Origin: Takakia lepidozioides
Taxonomy: Eukaryota > Plantae > Bryophyta
Length of the DNA: 64,000 nucleotides
Direction of reading: 5' to 3'
Assembly: GCA_030704615.1 (NCBI GenBank)
Contig: JAKLZA010000010.1
Span: 69,055 to 133,054 of the forward strand
Shown here: positions 26,067 through 36,958 of the stretch, piece by piece
Position numbering within the stretch: position 1 is the stretch's first letter
Layout of the letters: each line of letters starts with the position of its first letter
Notes under the pieces: generated by a model
Told to the model about the DNA's origin: nothing
The model's database searches: none
Seen by the model: the letters and a program-made list of their open reading frames with translations, nothing else
Position numbers and translations under genes: made by a program

Positions 26067-26749
26067 ATCTAGAGGGCTATTACCGCTTTGAGCGAGGTGA
26101 GGGCGAGGGTCAATGCGGTCCGTGGGTCCTGAAAATTGTTGACCTCGATATACCAAGCAGGAAAGGGATGCCGGACAGATCACGCACGGCCTCGCTTTGG
26201 CGCTGGAACTGCTGCTAGTGGACCAGGGAGGACAGCACCGGGGAAAACTATATACGTGCAGATCACTCCGCTCTTCCAGTGTATGGAGACATTCGGCTGA
26301 GTTGCGAAGACGAATCGCACGGGCACATGAGGCCCACAGTGACCTTGTCAATGTATGATGGTGGTATCATTGATGGACATGACATTGTCGTCGGCTCAAG
26401 CAAGGGCAGCAGAACGACCAAATTGCAGTTTACCTCGAGGTGCCGCAGTAGTGATGAGCTTGTTTTGAGGGGTATCGAAGTTCCGTCGACTTGGTGAAGC
26501 CCATGTAGAAGGAGGAAGGGCTTAGTTTTGTCTGCAGTTGGTAAATGTGAGACATCGTGTCCGATCAATAAACCCATCGTACCTCACTTCTGTATGATTG
26601 TGTTTCATTCTGTTGAATAACTGTCGGAATTGGCCCACTGTTTACAATTTGATGTCTCATTTCTACAATTTGTGTGTCCGGATGAATATACCAGAGTAAC
26701 CGGTATGAGAGTCATGTGTCAAGAATATACCAGAGTAACGCCATGTCGG

Positions 26750-27545
26750 ACATGGAAATGCGGCACCGCATTTCCATGTCGGACATTGGAATGCGCTGCC
26801 GCATTTCCATGTTGGAGAAGGAAATGCGGTGCCGCATTTCCATGCCGACATGGAAATGTATGAACCGCATTTCAGTGTCGGACAATGGAATGCGGTGCAT
26901 CATTTCCGTCCAGGTACAGGAAATACCAACACGGGTCTATAAATTGGACAGACAACGAGGTTGGCATTGCAAATGCGGCGACGCATTTCCAGCTTGGCAA
27001 TGGAAACTTCTTTTTGGACAAGGGAATGCGGTGCCGCATTTCCGTCCAACACTTCGAAAAGTGCACCCATTTCCGACCAGCTTGATGGAATGCGTTACCG
27101 CATTTCCGTGAGAGGGTCTGCAAATGGACAAATTGCGATGTCCGTTCTGGAAATGCGGCGCCGCATTTCCATGTCCGTCATCGACTTTTTTTTTACAATG
27201 GAATGCGGTGCCAATTTTTGCTGATGGGCCTGCAGTTCGAACAACGACCATCCCCAATATGGAAATGCGGCACCGCATTTCCAATTCCGCCATCTCGACC
27301 TCCTTGTTCGACCTCTGTAAGCGTGCTGGCATCCATGCAATGAGCGGGAGAGGCCAAAACTGGCGTGTGGACAAAGGAAATTTTGGAAATGCGGCACCGC
27401 ATTTCCAATCGGCCGATTACTTTTTACTATGCCAACCATGAAATGGAAATTTTTTTCCCTCCCCTGTTTTGGAAATGCGGTGCCGCATTTCCAAAAGAGG
27501 TTTTTAGAGTTGCCAAAATTTTGGAAATGCGGTGCCCCATTTCTG
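26750..27545. repeat. A-type palindrome cluster of copy A3
   Basis: Counterpart of 13135-13875, with units ~32-35 bp apart at 26755-26890. Confidence 0.85.
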
Positions 27546-28951
27546 ATTTTGGGAGCGTCGTGGTTTGGGCAATTGTGTGGCTGGAATGCACACTGGAGAG
27601 GGGTCACGAATGTCGGGGAGAATTTCCTTTATATACTCTGGAAGAGAATTTACATTTACAGAGACTTCATTAAAATTCTATTAATCTTGAAAGTCATCCG
27701 AATCCTCATCCTGTTCTACACTGTCCTGCTCCGCCTCCACCCCCTCAGTGCCTTTCTCATCTCCAGCGGACTGCTCGTTGGCCAGGCTTTCAAAAATCCC
27801 ATCTTCCCCTTGCGGAACTGTCCACCTCACTTCCGTTGGGTCGTCTTCCTCCCTGTCTGCGTCGCTCTCATCCGCTGAATCACATATGTACTTTCGTACC
27901 CGTCTACCTGTCTGAGCTGCTGCCAACTCTTTCCTTATCCTTCTGTCCTCCCTAGCCCTCTCCAAAATCTGCTCTACTTTACTAGGATTCTCACTTCTTC
28001 TAATCGCTGTATTTGCGAGTTTAGCTGCATAACTAGGAAGGGAGTAGTCCCTCACCGGGCTCGTCATGAAGTCGGCCCTCGCAAAGAACGGGATATTCTT
28101 CCTGGCAGGAAGTGTAGGCCCTACATGTTTCGACCCGGACCCTGCAATCCTGCACATGACAATCATCAACGAGACTAATGAGAACCACAGTCGGGAAATT
28201 CGTTTGACATAAATGACCCAGAAGGCTTTGCAAACTTACAATGTTTACACTCACTCGTATTCCCAGTTCTCCTCCGCATCAATGTCCACTGTGTCTTCCT
28301 CGGACTCCGACGAATCCGAGGAGACTTTCGCTCTGTTGGGAGCCTTAACATTCCGTTGCAGCCCTTCCAGATGGGATCCCCACACGGATGAATCCTCCTC
28401 GTAGGCAAAGAGGTGCCGGTCGGAAAACCGCCCAGCCCACATTGAGGCACCTGGTACAATGCCATCCACACATTACCACATGGCGCTTCAGATGTTGCGA
28501 ACTACATCCTAACGAGAATTTGCAGAACAGCATAGATCAAGATTCTGCATACCTGTCCCACAGATGAGGTCGAGCACTGTGCCCTCCACGTCTGTGCATG
28601 TCTCCATAATTGTCTGAATGAAGGCAGGGCTCCGAGTCCGTGAGTACCGCAGGGGTTCCGTTGAAGTGAGGCTATGAGGGAGAAGTTCCTTGGGAACGTT
28701 GTTGAACAGAACGTCGTAATCGAGGGGGTCGCAGTTCGGGTCAACCTTTCCTCCCTCCTTCCGGAAAGCAAAGTTGGAGTTCTCCTTCACAAAGCAGTAT
28801 GCATCGAACTGCTTCGTCTGCATACACAGGGGGGAACGATTAGAAACCGAATGCGGCACCGCATTTGAAAACACCCAAGCAAATGAATGGACGAGTGCCT
28901 GTGTCGTAATCACCTTCTTCCCTTCCGACCGAAGGCCCAGTGTGTTGATGC

Positions 28952-29311
28952 TGTCAAGTTAAATAAGCACAGTGTGAAAACAGCTAGAATAAAACTAGTT
29001 ATTTGTAGTTAACACTTGGATTTAGGTCAAGTGTTAAATCAGGTGTCAAGTTTAGTTTGACACCTGGTCCGTCTTATCTTCACGAGAGCGGCAGTCGCGC
29101 GGCTCATCTTTCTCGAGTTGAGCCTGCGCGACCGAGCTCCTGTGTGCGTTTAGATCTGAGTTTACTCATGATGGGAGTGTAGGTTGTTGTGGGGTGGAGT
29201 CCCCATAGCTTGGGGTGCCCCTGGCTCGACTACTGTTTTAAAGAGTGATGGTTTTGGATTTCACATTGTTTCTTGTGTGGAGAGCAGTGTCATTTGTTAG
29301 CTTTCTTATCA
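28952..29311 (+). repeat. 5' LTR segment A (360 bp; lacks the first ~87 bp of the LTR)
   Basis: Matches 40282-40641 with 2 substitutions seen. Confidence 0.95.
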
Positions 29312-29325
29312 CTCGAGAAAGATGA
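29311..29325 (+). promoter_or_regulatory. Self-priming primer-binding site
   Basis: ACTCGAGAAAGATGA is the exact reverse complement of LTR 29104-29118; no TGG tRNA-type PBS. Confidence 0.8.
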
Positions 29326-31368
29326 CCTCTTACCTGTGAGTGCAAGGTAGGAGTTGAGGGTTAGCACTTGTACGATTACCTGTGTGTAAGTAGTGCTTAG
29401 TTTTAGAAGCTTAGAAGGAAAAAAAAAAACAAAACAAAATATGCAGGTTTCGATCAGCGTTGGTTCTGGCATGAGGCCGCCGGGCATGATGGAGCTACAC
29501 TGCATGGAAGCAGCCTTTGTTTTGGTCGGTGAGGAGACATCATGGAGTAGCAGCGATTGGCCATTGGGAAACTGACCAAGTGCGAGACTTAAAGGAGGAG
29601 CCTGTGATCGAGCAGATGGGTAGAACTCCCGTGCCTGGAGATGGCCGGGCTGCTCGCCTTAGTTCGATGTGCACAGACCAGTGTTAAATTAGAACCAGGA
29701 CAGACCAGAAGCGGTCAGGAAAGGCAGCGGAAGAGCAGGTGGAGCTGGTGTAGCGGAGCCAGTTGAAGGAGGAGCTGTAAATCTGCTCCCTCCAGTAAAT
29801 GCAGCGCCGGCAGGTAGAGCATGGCGCAGCGAGCTGGTTGAAGGTGCAGGGCCCGAGAGAGAAAGCCTAGCACAAAGCGATGGAGAACGGGGAGCCCATT
29901 GCTGGCATATCATCAACACTGCAAAACCAGGAGTCTCACAAATCTTCATGCTACTTGTGATTGTGGCTGGGAAAGCTGCTTTCACCTGGTCGATTATCTG
30001 CATAAGCAACCAACTTTCTGACAAAAAGGGTTGTTGGGGGCATTGTTGATTTCGGAGAGTGCAAGGTGCAAAGTCGTTTTCGTTTTTTAAGTGCTTCAGG
30101 TTTGTACAAAGCCAAGTAGCTGTTGCTGCCTTGCACCTTGGGTCCACCATTTTGATGTGGAAACTGGTGGAAAGTCGAATGGTGGTTCACAACCCAGCTT
30201 TCAACTCAGCACACTGCCCGAGTCCAAGATTGTGGCGATACAGGTCAAGGGAGCTCCAGCTCTATTTGTCTCATCATTGAACACTTCCAACTGATCACTT
30301 GCCTCTACTGTCATTTCGGCGTCAAGGGTACTTACTTCTGCACAGGCGAGCAGGGGAGGAAATGCGAAGACTCGTAGCAGGAGAAGCAATGCTGACGGAT
30401 GAGGCCAGCGGACGAGAGCTTCCAAGGGTTGATGGAGAGGCGGCGGAAGGAGGCTGCAGATTGAGTTCCACTTTACTGAGGCAATCGCAAATTCCTGTAG
30501 AGACTTGATAACTATATGATTGTCTCTCTTATACTGGAGCTGATGCAGATGGACCCAGGCCTTGGGTCTACATGCTGAGCATGGTTCACTTTCTTTTCCT
30601 GGCAGTGAAGTCGTCTGTGCCTTGTGGGGGTGGTGACGGGGCAATCTGGTGCCTGTTGTCGCCGATCCCTGACCTGTAGAATGCACACAAAAGCAAACAC
30701 GAGCAGTAACAGGAAGGTGGAAACCATTCTAAGCCAACAATAATCGTTGGCGAGAGATGCGAATTAGACCAAGTTGATGGAACTTCAAGCTGGTCTTGGC
30801 TTTGGATTCCATGCAAAGACGGCCACATCACAGCAGGCCGCCTGTCCATAAGCCATGAAGGTGCTGCGCAGTGCATCTGCTCTTGAAATCGCCCCAATTC
30901 CTGGTTTGTAGTCTCTAGGTCTCGAGGAGGCAGGCCCACGTGCAGAGAAAGCAAATCGTGATACCCCACCCAACTGAGGTCGAGTGTTGGAATTAACGAG
31001 CTCTTGGTGCCTGGAGAATCCTGGAGGGGAACGACCTCGGGAACTCGTAGATAACCTGGGAACAGGTTGTAATGGCAAAAGCGTTTTGGTGTTAAAAAAA
31101 AAAAAAACTTTTTTTTTTGATCTAATTTAAATGTTTAAAGAGCCTGGTTGGTCATATCTTTGTCAAATGAGCTCCGTTTGACTCAGTTTTTGAGGGATAT
31201 CTGCAGAAAGGGGAAATCTACCTATCTAGACCTGGTTTCTGTTTTTGGGACTCTGCTAAAAATCTATGGAATTTTTAGAGTGTGAGTGTGCCATGAAAGA
31301 TCCACAATCCTGTCTCTAGAACCTGTGCTGGTCTATATGAGAGACAAATTGGTGGATGTACTCCTTGC

Positions 31369-32117
31369 ATGGCTGGGGGAAATGAGGACGTAATTGAAGG
31401 GCATGTCTCTTCTCTTAGTCTGTGCACACAAGGGGACAGGATTTATGTTTCCCAAGGAACTCAGACTGATTTGAGTGGAGAACAGTTGGACGAGTTGATT
31501 GCATACTGGGAGTCAGGCATTAGCAGTAGACAACAGACTGCTGTAGTTGGCATTGAGGGCCTCAATATCGCCTTGGACAGTCAGAACTCTGTTGGAGCCA
31601 GCAGTTCTGCAGCTGTAGGTGAAATACCAAAGTGGGTGAAAGCTAGGCTTGGAACACAGCCAAAGACAGCCCCGGGGACCAAGGTGTTCAGTCACAAGGC
31701 CGTGGTGTACTGGAGCAGAGGAGCAGGAGCTACACAAGTTTGTGCAATCAGACATGATTGCAGCCGGATACGCTCTGCACAGGGCAACCACGAGCGGGGG
31801 TTCATCAGCAATGACATGTTTGTTGTGCGTGAAGGAGATGCAGTCATTCGCAATGAGGACACCCGCAACCGTCTCAAAGCTTTCGAGTTGAGAGACTATC
31901 AACCCTACCTTTGTTTTCTTTAGTGTTCAGTGAGCGGGAGATAGGGGAGTATTGCTTTGTCTCTACCTGGCAGAAAGAGGAGGAGGGTTGGTTAGAGCGA
32001 GCTACTGTAGCTTGGGACAAGGTTAGTGGCAGGTTTCTGGACATAGATATACCTCCTACACCTTACCATCATGCAGAGCGAGGCACTTTGAGAGAAGTCT
32101 GGCAGTTGATAGCATAG
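31369..32117 (+). CDS. Accessory ORF upstream of gag (~250 aa if one frameshift is corrected), unknown function
   Basis: ATG ORF 31369-31923 overlaps ORF 31911-32117. Confidence 0.45.
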
Positions 32118-32636
32118 ATCAGGATTAGATCTTGCTTGGTCGGGCTTCTATTCTTCCCCTCCATCTCTGTACTATTTTCATTACCTTGTACTTGTAGTTG
32201 CCAAAGCCTCTCTTGGTGGAGGCCAGTCAGTCCGGGGTTTTGGGCTGGGATATTCTGCAGGATCAGCATTGCTGCTGGATTTTGGTGTGGGGGTGTTGAT
32301 GTTTTGATTTCTTGTGTTTGGATCCCCCCCAACACCTGCATGCTTGACTGTGCGCCATGTTGGTTTTGTGTGGGCGCTTGCTTTCATAGGGATTAGGCCG
32401 GATTTGATCACCGGTCAATCCTAGAGTATGCTGTCGGTGGTGAGGCTGGAGTGATGACCAGCAAGACCACCAGTGTTTCTTCTATGGTGAGGCTGGGTTG
32501 ATGACCAGCCAACCATAGGAGTTCTTGCGGTGGATGCAGGTGCAGGTGCCCTGAGCCATTGGGATATGACCCTTAGACTGCAACAGGTGCCCACCCGTGT
32601 CACTATTAGATTAGTACTAGAGCCTTATAGTGTCAC

Positions 32637-34285
32637 GTGGAGGAGGTGCACATTGTGAGTGTCATTACGGAGTTACCCAAGGGTTTTGAGGGGAGTACGG
32701 CTACAAGCAGTGACAGTGAGAGTGGGGTCACAAGACGAGGTATTCGGTTCAGACCACCTTCACCGCCACCCTCAACTACTGTAGAGTCAGACACAGACTC
32801 GGAGGCTTCATCAACAGGTGTGCACTTTCATTCGCCATTGTTGTGGGACGACATGGAGGAGATGTATGGAGCTACCAAGGGGCCTCGTAGGTACTCTGGA
32901 GCTGTGGGCACAATCGAGTTGGATGACTTTATCCAGGAGTTCGACAGCTGGTGTGATTTGCAGCAGATGCGCAATCCACAGCTATTCACCCCATTCATGG
33001 CGTGGAAGGGACTGTTCCAGCATTTGGAAGGCCCGCCTATGGACGATTACCACGAGTTCAGGCGAGGACATGAAGCAGAGATTGAGGAGTGGAGGATGTA
33101 TTGGTCACCTGACTACGTCTCCATTACTCGAGGCACGACGCGACCAGTAGCTGCATCAGTACCAATAGCTCCCACTGCCAGCACTAGTAGTGGAGCAAGT
33201 AGTGCTGGTACTTCTGAAGGTGGTACCAGTTCAAAAGGTGCTTCTCCTGCCACGACTACAACACATGTGCCAAGATTCAACCCGGTGGTGGAGTTCTTCC
33301 AGGAGTTGCGGAGGAACTACCAAGGTGTACGGACAGAGAAGCTGCGAAGTTTGCAAGACTTCCAGCGCAAACCCAGTGAGAGCCTGCGAGAGGCGTACAC
33401 TCGTATGAGGCGCTTGATAAGTGTGACCCAAGGGGTTACTGAAGCTCAGGCAATCCAGTTTTGGTATGGAATTCTGGACAAGGAGCTCAAGAGAAGGGTG
33501 CGAGATGCAACCCTGTTACAAGCAGCCCAACCCACATTAGCAGATGTGTTTCTGCTGGCTGAGCGGATTGAGCTCAACATGGTGGAGGAGCGAGTTGTTA
33601 CAATTGGATTTGGTAAGGACATGCCTGTACGGGGCACAGCTGTCAGCCCACAAGCACAAGGGACTGCCCAACAGCGTGGTCAGGGGGGCAAGGTTGCCCA
33701 GCCCAAGTTCCATGGAGCTTACAGGGGACCTCAGGTGCAGAGGCCCGTGGCATCTTTTGCAGGCCAACAGCAACCAGGGGTGATATGTTGGACATGTGGA
33801 GGACCCCATGTCAAGAGAGATTGCCCAGAGAGTGGCAGAAGGCCGGCACAAGCACAGCCTGCACAGTTGCAGTGTGGGCATTGTGGCAAGTATGGGCATG
33901 GAGATGCCCAGTGTTATGACTTGCATCCTGAGTTGCGCCCAGGCCAGTTCCAAGGGAAACAATGGTGGCCGGGGGCGAGGTGGACCAGCCCAAAGAGGAC
34001 GAGGTGGTCGGGCACGAGGTGCAGGCCAAGGGCAACCTCCATGGCCAAGGACGCGGAGGTCAGGGTGTTGACCAAGGCATGGCCAATCGGCTTCAGCAGC
34101 TAGAGCAGAGGCTCGCTGCCATGGCTATAGCTCAGGCGGTACCGGCTCCCAGGCGGGATGGCCCACCTCCTGCTCCTGAGGGAGGAGATATGGGCGGAAT
34201 GGGATTCATGTGCGGAGCAGCACTACCATTAGAGCAGGTGGAGTCTGCTGCAGCCGTGACTCGAGGAGCACACACGAGTTCCTGA
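32637..34285 (+). CDS. gag: Gag with two Zn knuckles (frameshift near 33960)
   Basis: Capsid-like FQRKPSESLREAYTRM; CWTCGGPHVKRDC and CGHCGKYGHGDAQC. Confidence 0.88.
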
Positions 34286-34301
34286 GCCACGAGGTGCAGA
34301 G

Positions 34302-35452
34302 GTGGAGTTGGATCCACAACGTGGGGAGGCAAGCCGTCAGGCAAGGCTGCCTCAGTCATTCACCTTGGCGGAGACAGTGTCAACGCCATCCATGGCACCT
34401 AGTTCTCGCCCGACTGTTACCGAGGCGGAGGTTACTATGCCATTGGGGAAGAGCTACCGTGCAGCACTGACACCTGCTACCAAGGCTAGTGCAGCCGGTG
34501 TGTTATTGGGAGGCAGCCACCTCTGTGTGTCAAGCCCCACTGTTCTCGGCGACCATGATTGCGACGCCGGGAGTGAGCCAGCTGCAGTGTTCAGACTAGC
34601 AGCAACACTCTGCGAGAGTGGAGAGGTCACTTCATCTTCTGCGGAGTTAGTGGAAGGTGTAGTGGCAGAGGGATCCTCGGATTTGAGGGTCAAGACTGCC
34701 ACGGCAGCGCCCTGGCAAGCTGCAGCTGCCAGATTGACGGAGCTGCCAGCTAGGCCAGCCTTTGAGCGCGCCATGGTGACACCTGGAGTTGTCTTGTTAG
34801 ACAACCAGGGAGGCATTTTCACTTTGAGTGGACCGGCAGGCAAGAAGTACCGGCCACTGCGGGTCTTGTTGGACTCAGGAGCTCAGCCACTGATGTTGGG
34901 CAGAGCTGCTATTGCAGGTTTGGGCCTCATGGAGGCGGATATGGAGCCTTGTCCTTTCCAGATACAGACATCTCTGGGAGGATCAGAGCAGGCTCGCGCA
35001 TGACACGGCATCAGTTGGCTATTAGACTGCAGCCGGATCATCCTGTAGATGGCTCAGTGATGCGAGCCAAGGCCATTGTGACAGACGCGGTCTCTTACGA
35101 TGTCCTCGTTGGTGGGGCAGTGTTATACCCCATGGGCTTCACCCTGGATTTCTGGGAGGAGTCAGCATCCTACAGGCCTGGATGGCAGTCAGGGGATGGT
35201 CGCCGTGCACAGCTCCCTGTGACATTCATTGGGGTATTGCAGCTGCCTGGGGCAGCGGGCAAGATGCCAACACTAGCCGCCTTCACAGCTGCAGTTAGTT
35301 GGCCTGGAGAGTTGCTGGAAGGCAATGCCCATGCAGAGGATGTGCCACCTCCAGCAGAGCAGGATGACATGCATGGTACGGCGGAGTTGCCTGCCATGGT
35401 TGCTCACACTCCGTTGTGGGGTACGAGCAAGGATTTGCAGCAACGCTGCTGA
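34302..35452 (+). CDS. pol: Pol N-terminus with aspartic protease (frameshifted)
   Basis: LRVLLDSGAQP and YDVLVGGAVL motifs. Confidence 0.85.
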
Positions 35453-35582
35453 TGGACGGGTGCAACAAGCTTGGGTAGAAGCTTTTGTACCGTCAGGAGA
35501 GGAGGAGAGTGCGGTGATTGTACCAGGGCCACCTCAGTTGTCGCCATTGGACACCACACCTCTTGTGTGGCAGCGACCGGAT

Positions 35583-36500
35583 GAAGGCATATGCCTTCTG
35601 GACTTATTTGGCGGGATCAGCACTGGATTGGCTGCAGTGCTGGCAGGCAGGTGTACGAGTTCGACGTTACCTGTATGTGGAGAGGGATGAGACTGCACGA
35701 CGCGTCTCACTGCGCCATGTTGCTCAGATGGTGCACAGCACCCTGAGTTGTTGCCGGTGTCTGCAGTTCGTGGATATCAGCAGGCCTTGCCAGCAGACAT
35801 TGCGTTGCTGGGCGCAGGATTTGGAGCGGGTTGGCTCCATTGATCTGGTAGTGGCAGGTTGGCCCTGCCAAGGGCATTCATCAGCCGGGCATGGCAATGG
35901 ATTGCGAGACTCGAGGACGGGTCTGTTTTGGGAGATGGTGCGGATTTTGCGCCACTTGCAGCTTCATCAGGCTGTATCTCCGTCATACATCTTGGATAGA
36001 TTGATGCCACTGATGGGTGTGCATCAAGTCCGGTCGTGGCTTGGGTCAGCAGTGTTGCTGGATGCAGCTGCAGTGGGGTCACGGGCTCATCGTCCACGAC
36101 TATGGTGGACTAACTTGACCACCCGCACTGCTCAAGATGGGGGTGCAGCGGCCAGCACACCTCACCGTGGATGGCATTTTGGACACAGGAAGGCAGTCTC
36201 AACGTGTGAGACACGATGACCGTTCGCCTTTGGCAGTGGTCAACAGGGTGGGTCAACCACGAGCAGCATTACCTACACTGCTCAGCTTCCCAGGATCCCA
36301 TGCTTTTCGGGATGGTGGACCTGGCCTCCTGTGGGATGCTCAGTTGCAGCAGTTAGTGGAGCCTAATGCCGACGAGCGAGAGCGGGCTATGGGGTTTTCC
36401 ACTGGGACCACGGCGGTGCCTTCTCTTTCTGAGGCATCACGTCGTCAGGTGTTGGGGCAAGCAATGGATCTCAATTGCTTGACCTGGATTGTCAGCTTGG
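35583..36500 (+). CDS. DNMT3-like C5-cytosine DNA methyltransferase domain within pol (frameshifted)
   Basis: Motif I LLDLFGGIST, II YLYVERD, IV DLVVAGWPCQGHS...LFWEMVRIL, VIII DAAAVGSRAHRPRLWWTN, IX ERERAMGF, X RRQVLGQAMD. Motif VI looks damaged (YILDR). Confidence 0.9.
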
Positions 36501-36958
36501 CTATGGCTGAGCAACGTAGAGTGCGGAGTGCACTTCCCTTGACGGTCTCTCTGCCTACCGAGACGGTACAGGCAGCGAGTGGGGGCGAGCCGGTGAGGAC
36601 CACGAGGTGTAGACATCCATGGCACATGTGGGAGGTGCTCGAGGTTCAGAGGGAGTTGGCAGCGAAGGCAGCTGTGATGGATGAGGTTGGGGATTCTTCT
36701 CGGGATGAGGAGGTTCTCAATGATGAGATGATGGGGCAGGATGAGGCCTTGTCATTGACTGAGCAGGAAGGGGGTACTGCTCAAGAGGTTGCAGCATAGC
36801 AACCACGGGACGCGTCCTCTACCTCTAAGCCCACTGGACTTAAGGTTGCAGTTACGGAGGACAATTGGGAGCCTGATATTGGACCCATTGTCACCGGAGG
36901 AGAGAGACGACGTATACGGCGGTTCCTGAGGGCTTATAGGAATTGCTTTGCCTTCAGT

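Noticed and set aside
32637-36958. Programmed ribosomal frameshifting to explain the many frame breaks
   Set aside because: Breaks are numerous and scattered within domains. In the MULE copies similar single-base indels differ between copies, pointing to sequencing error or decay.
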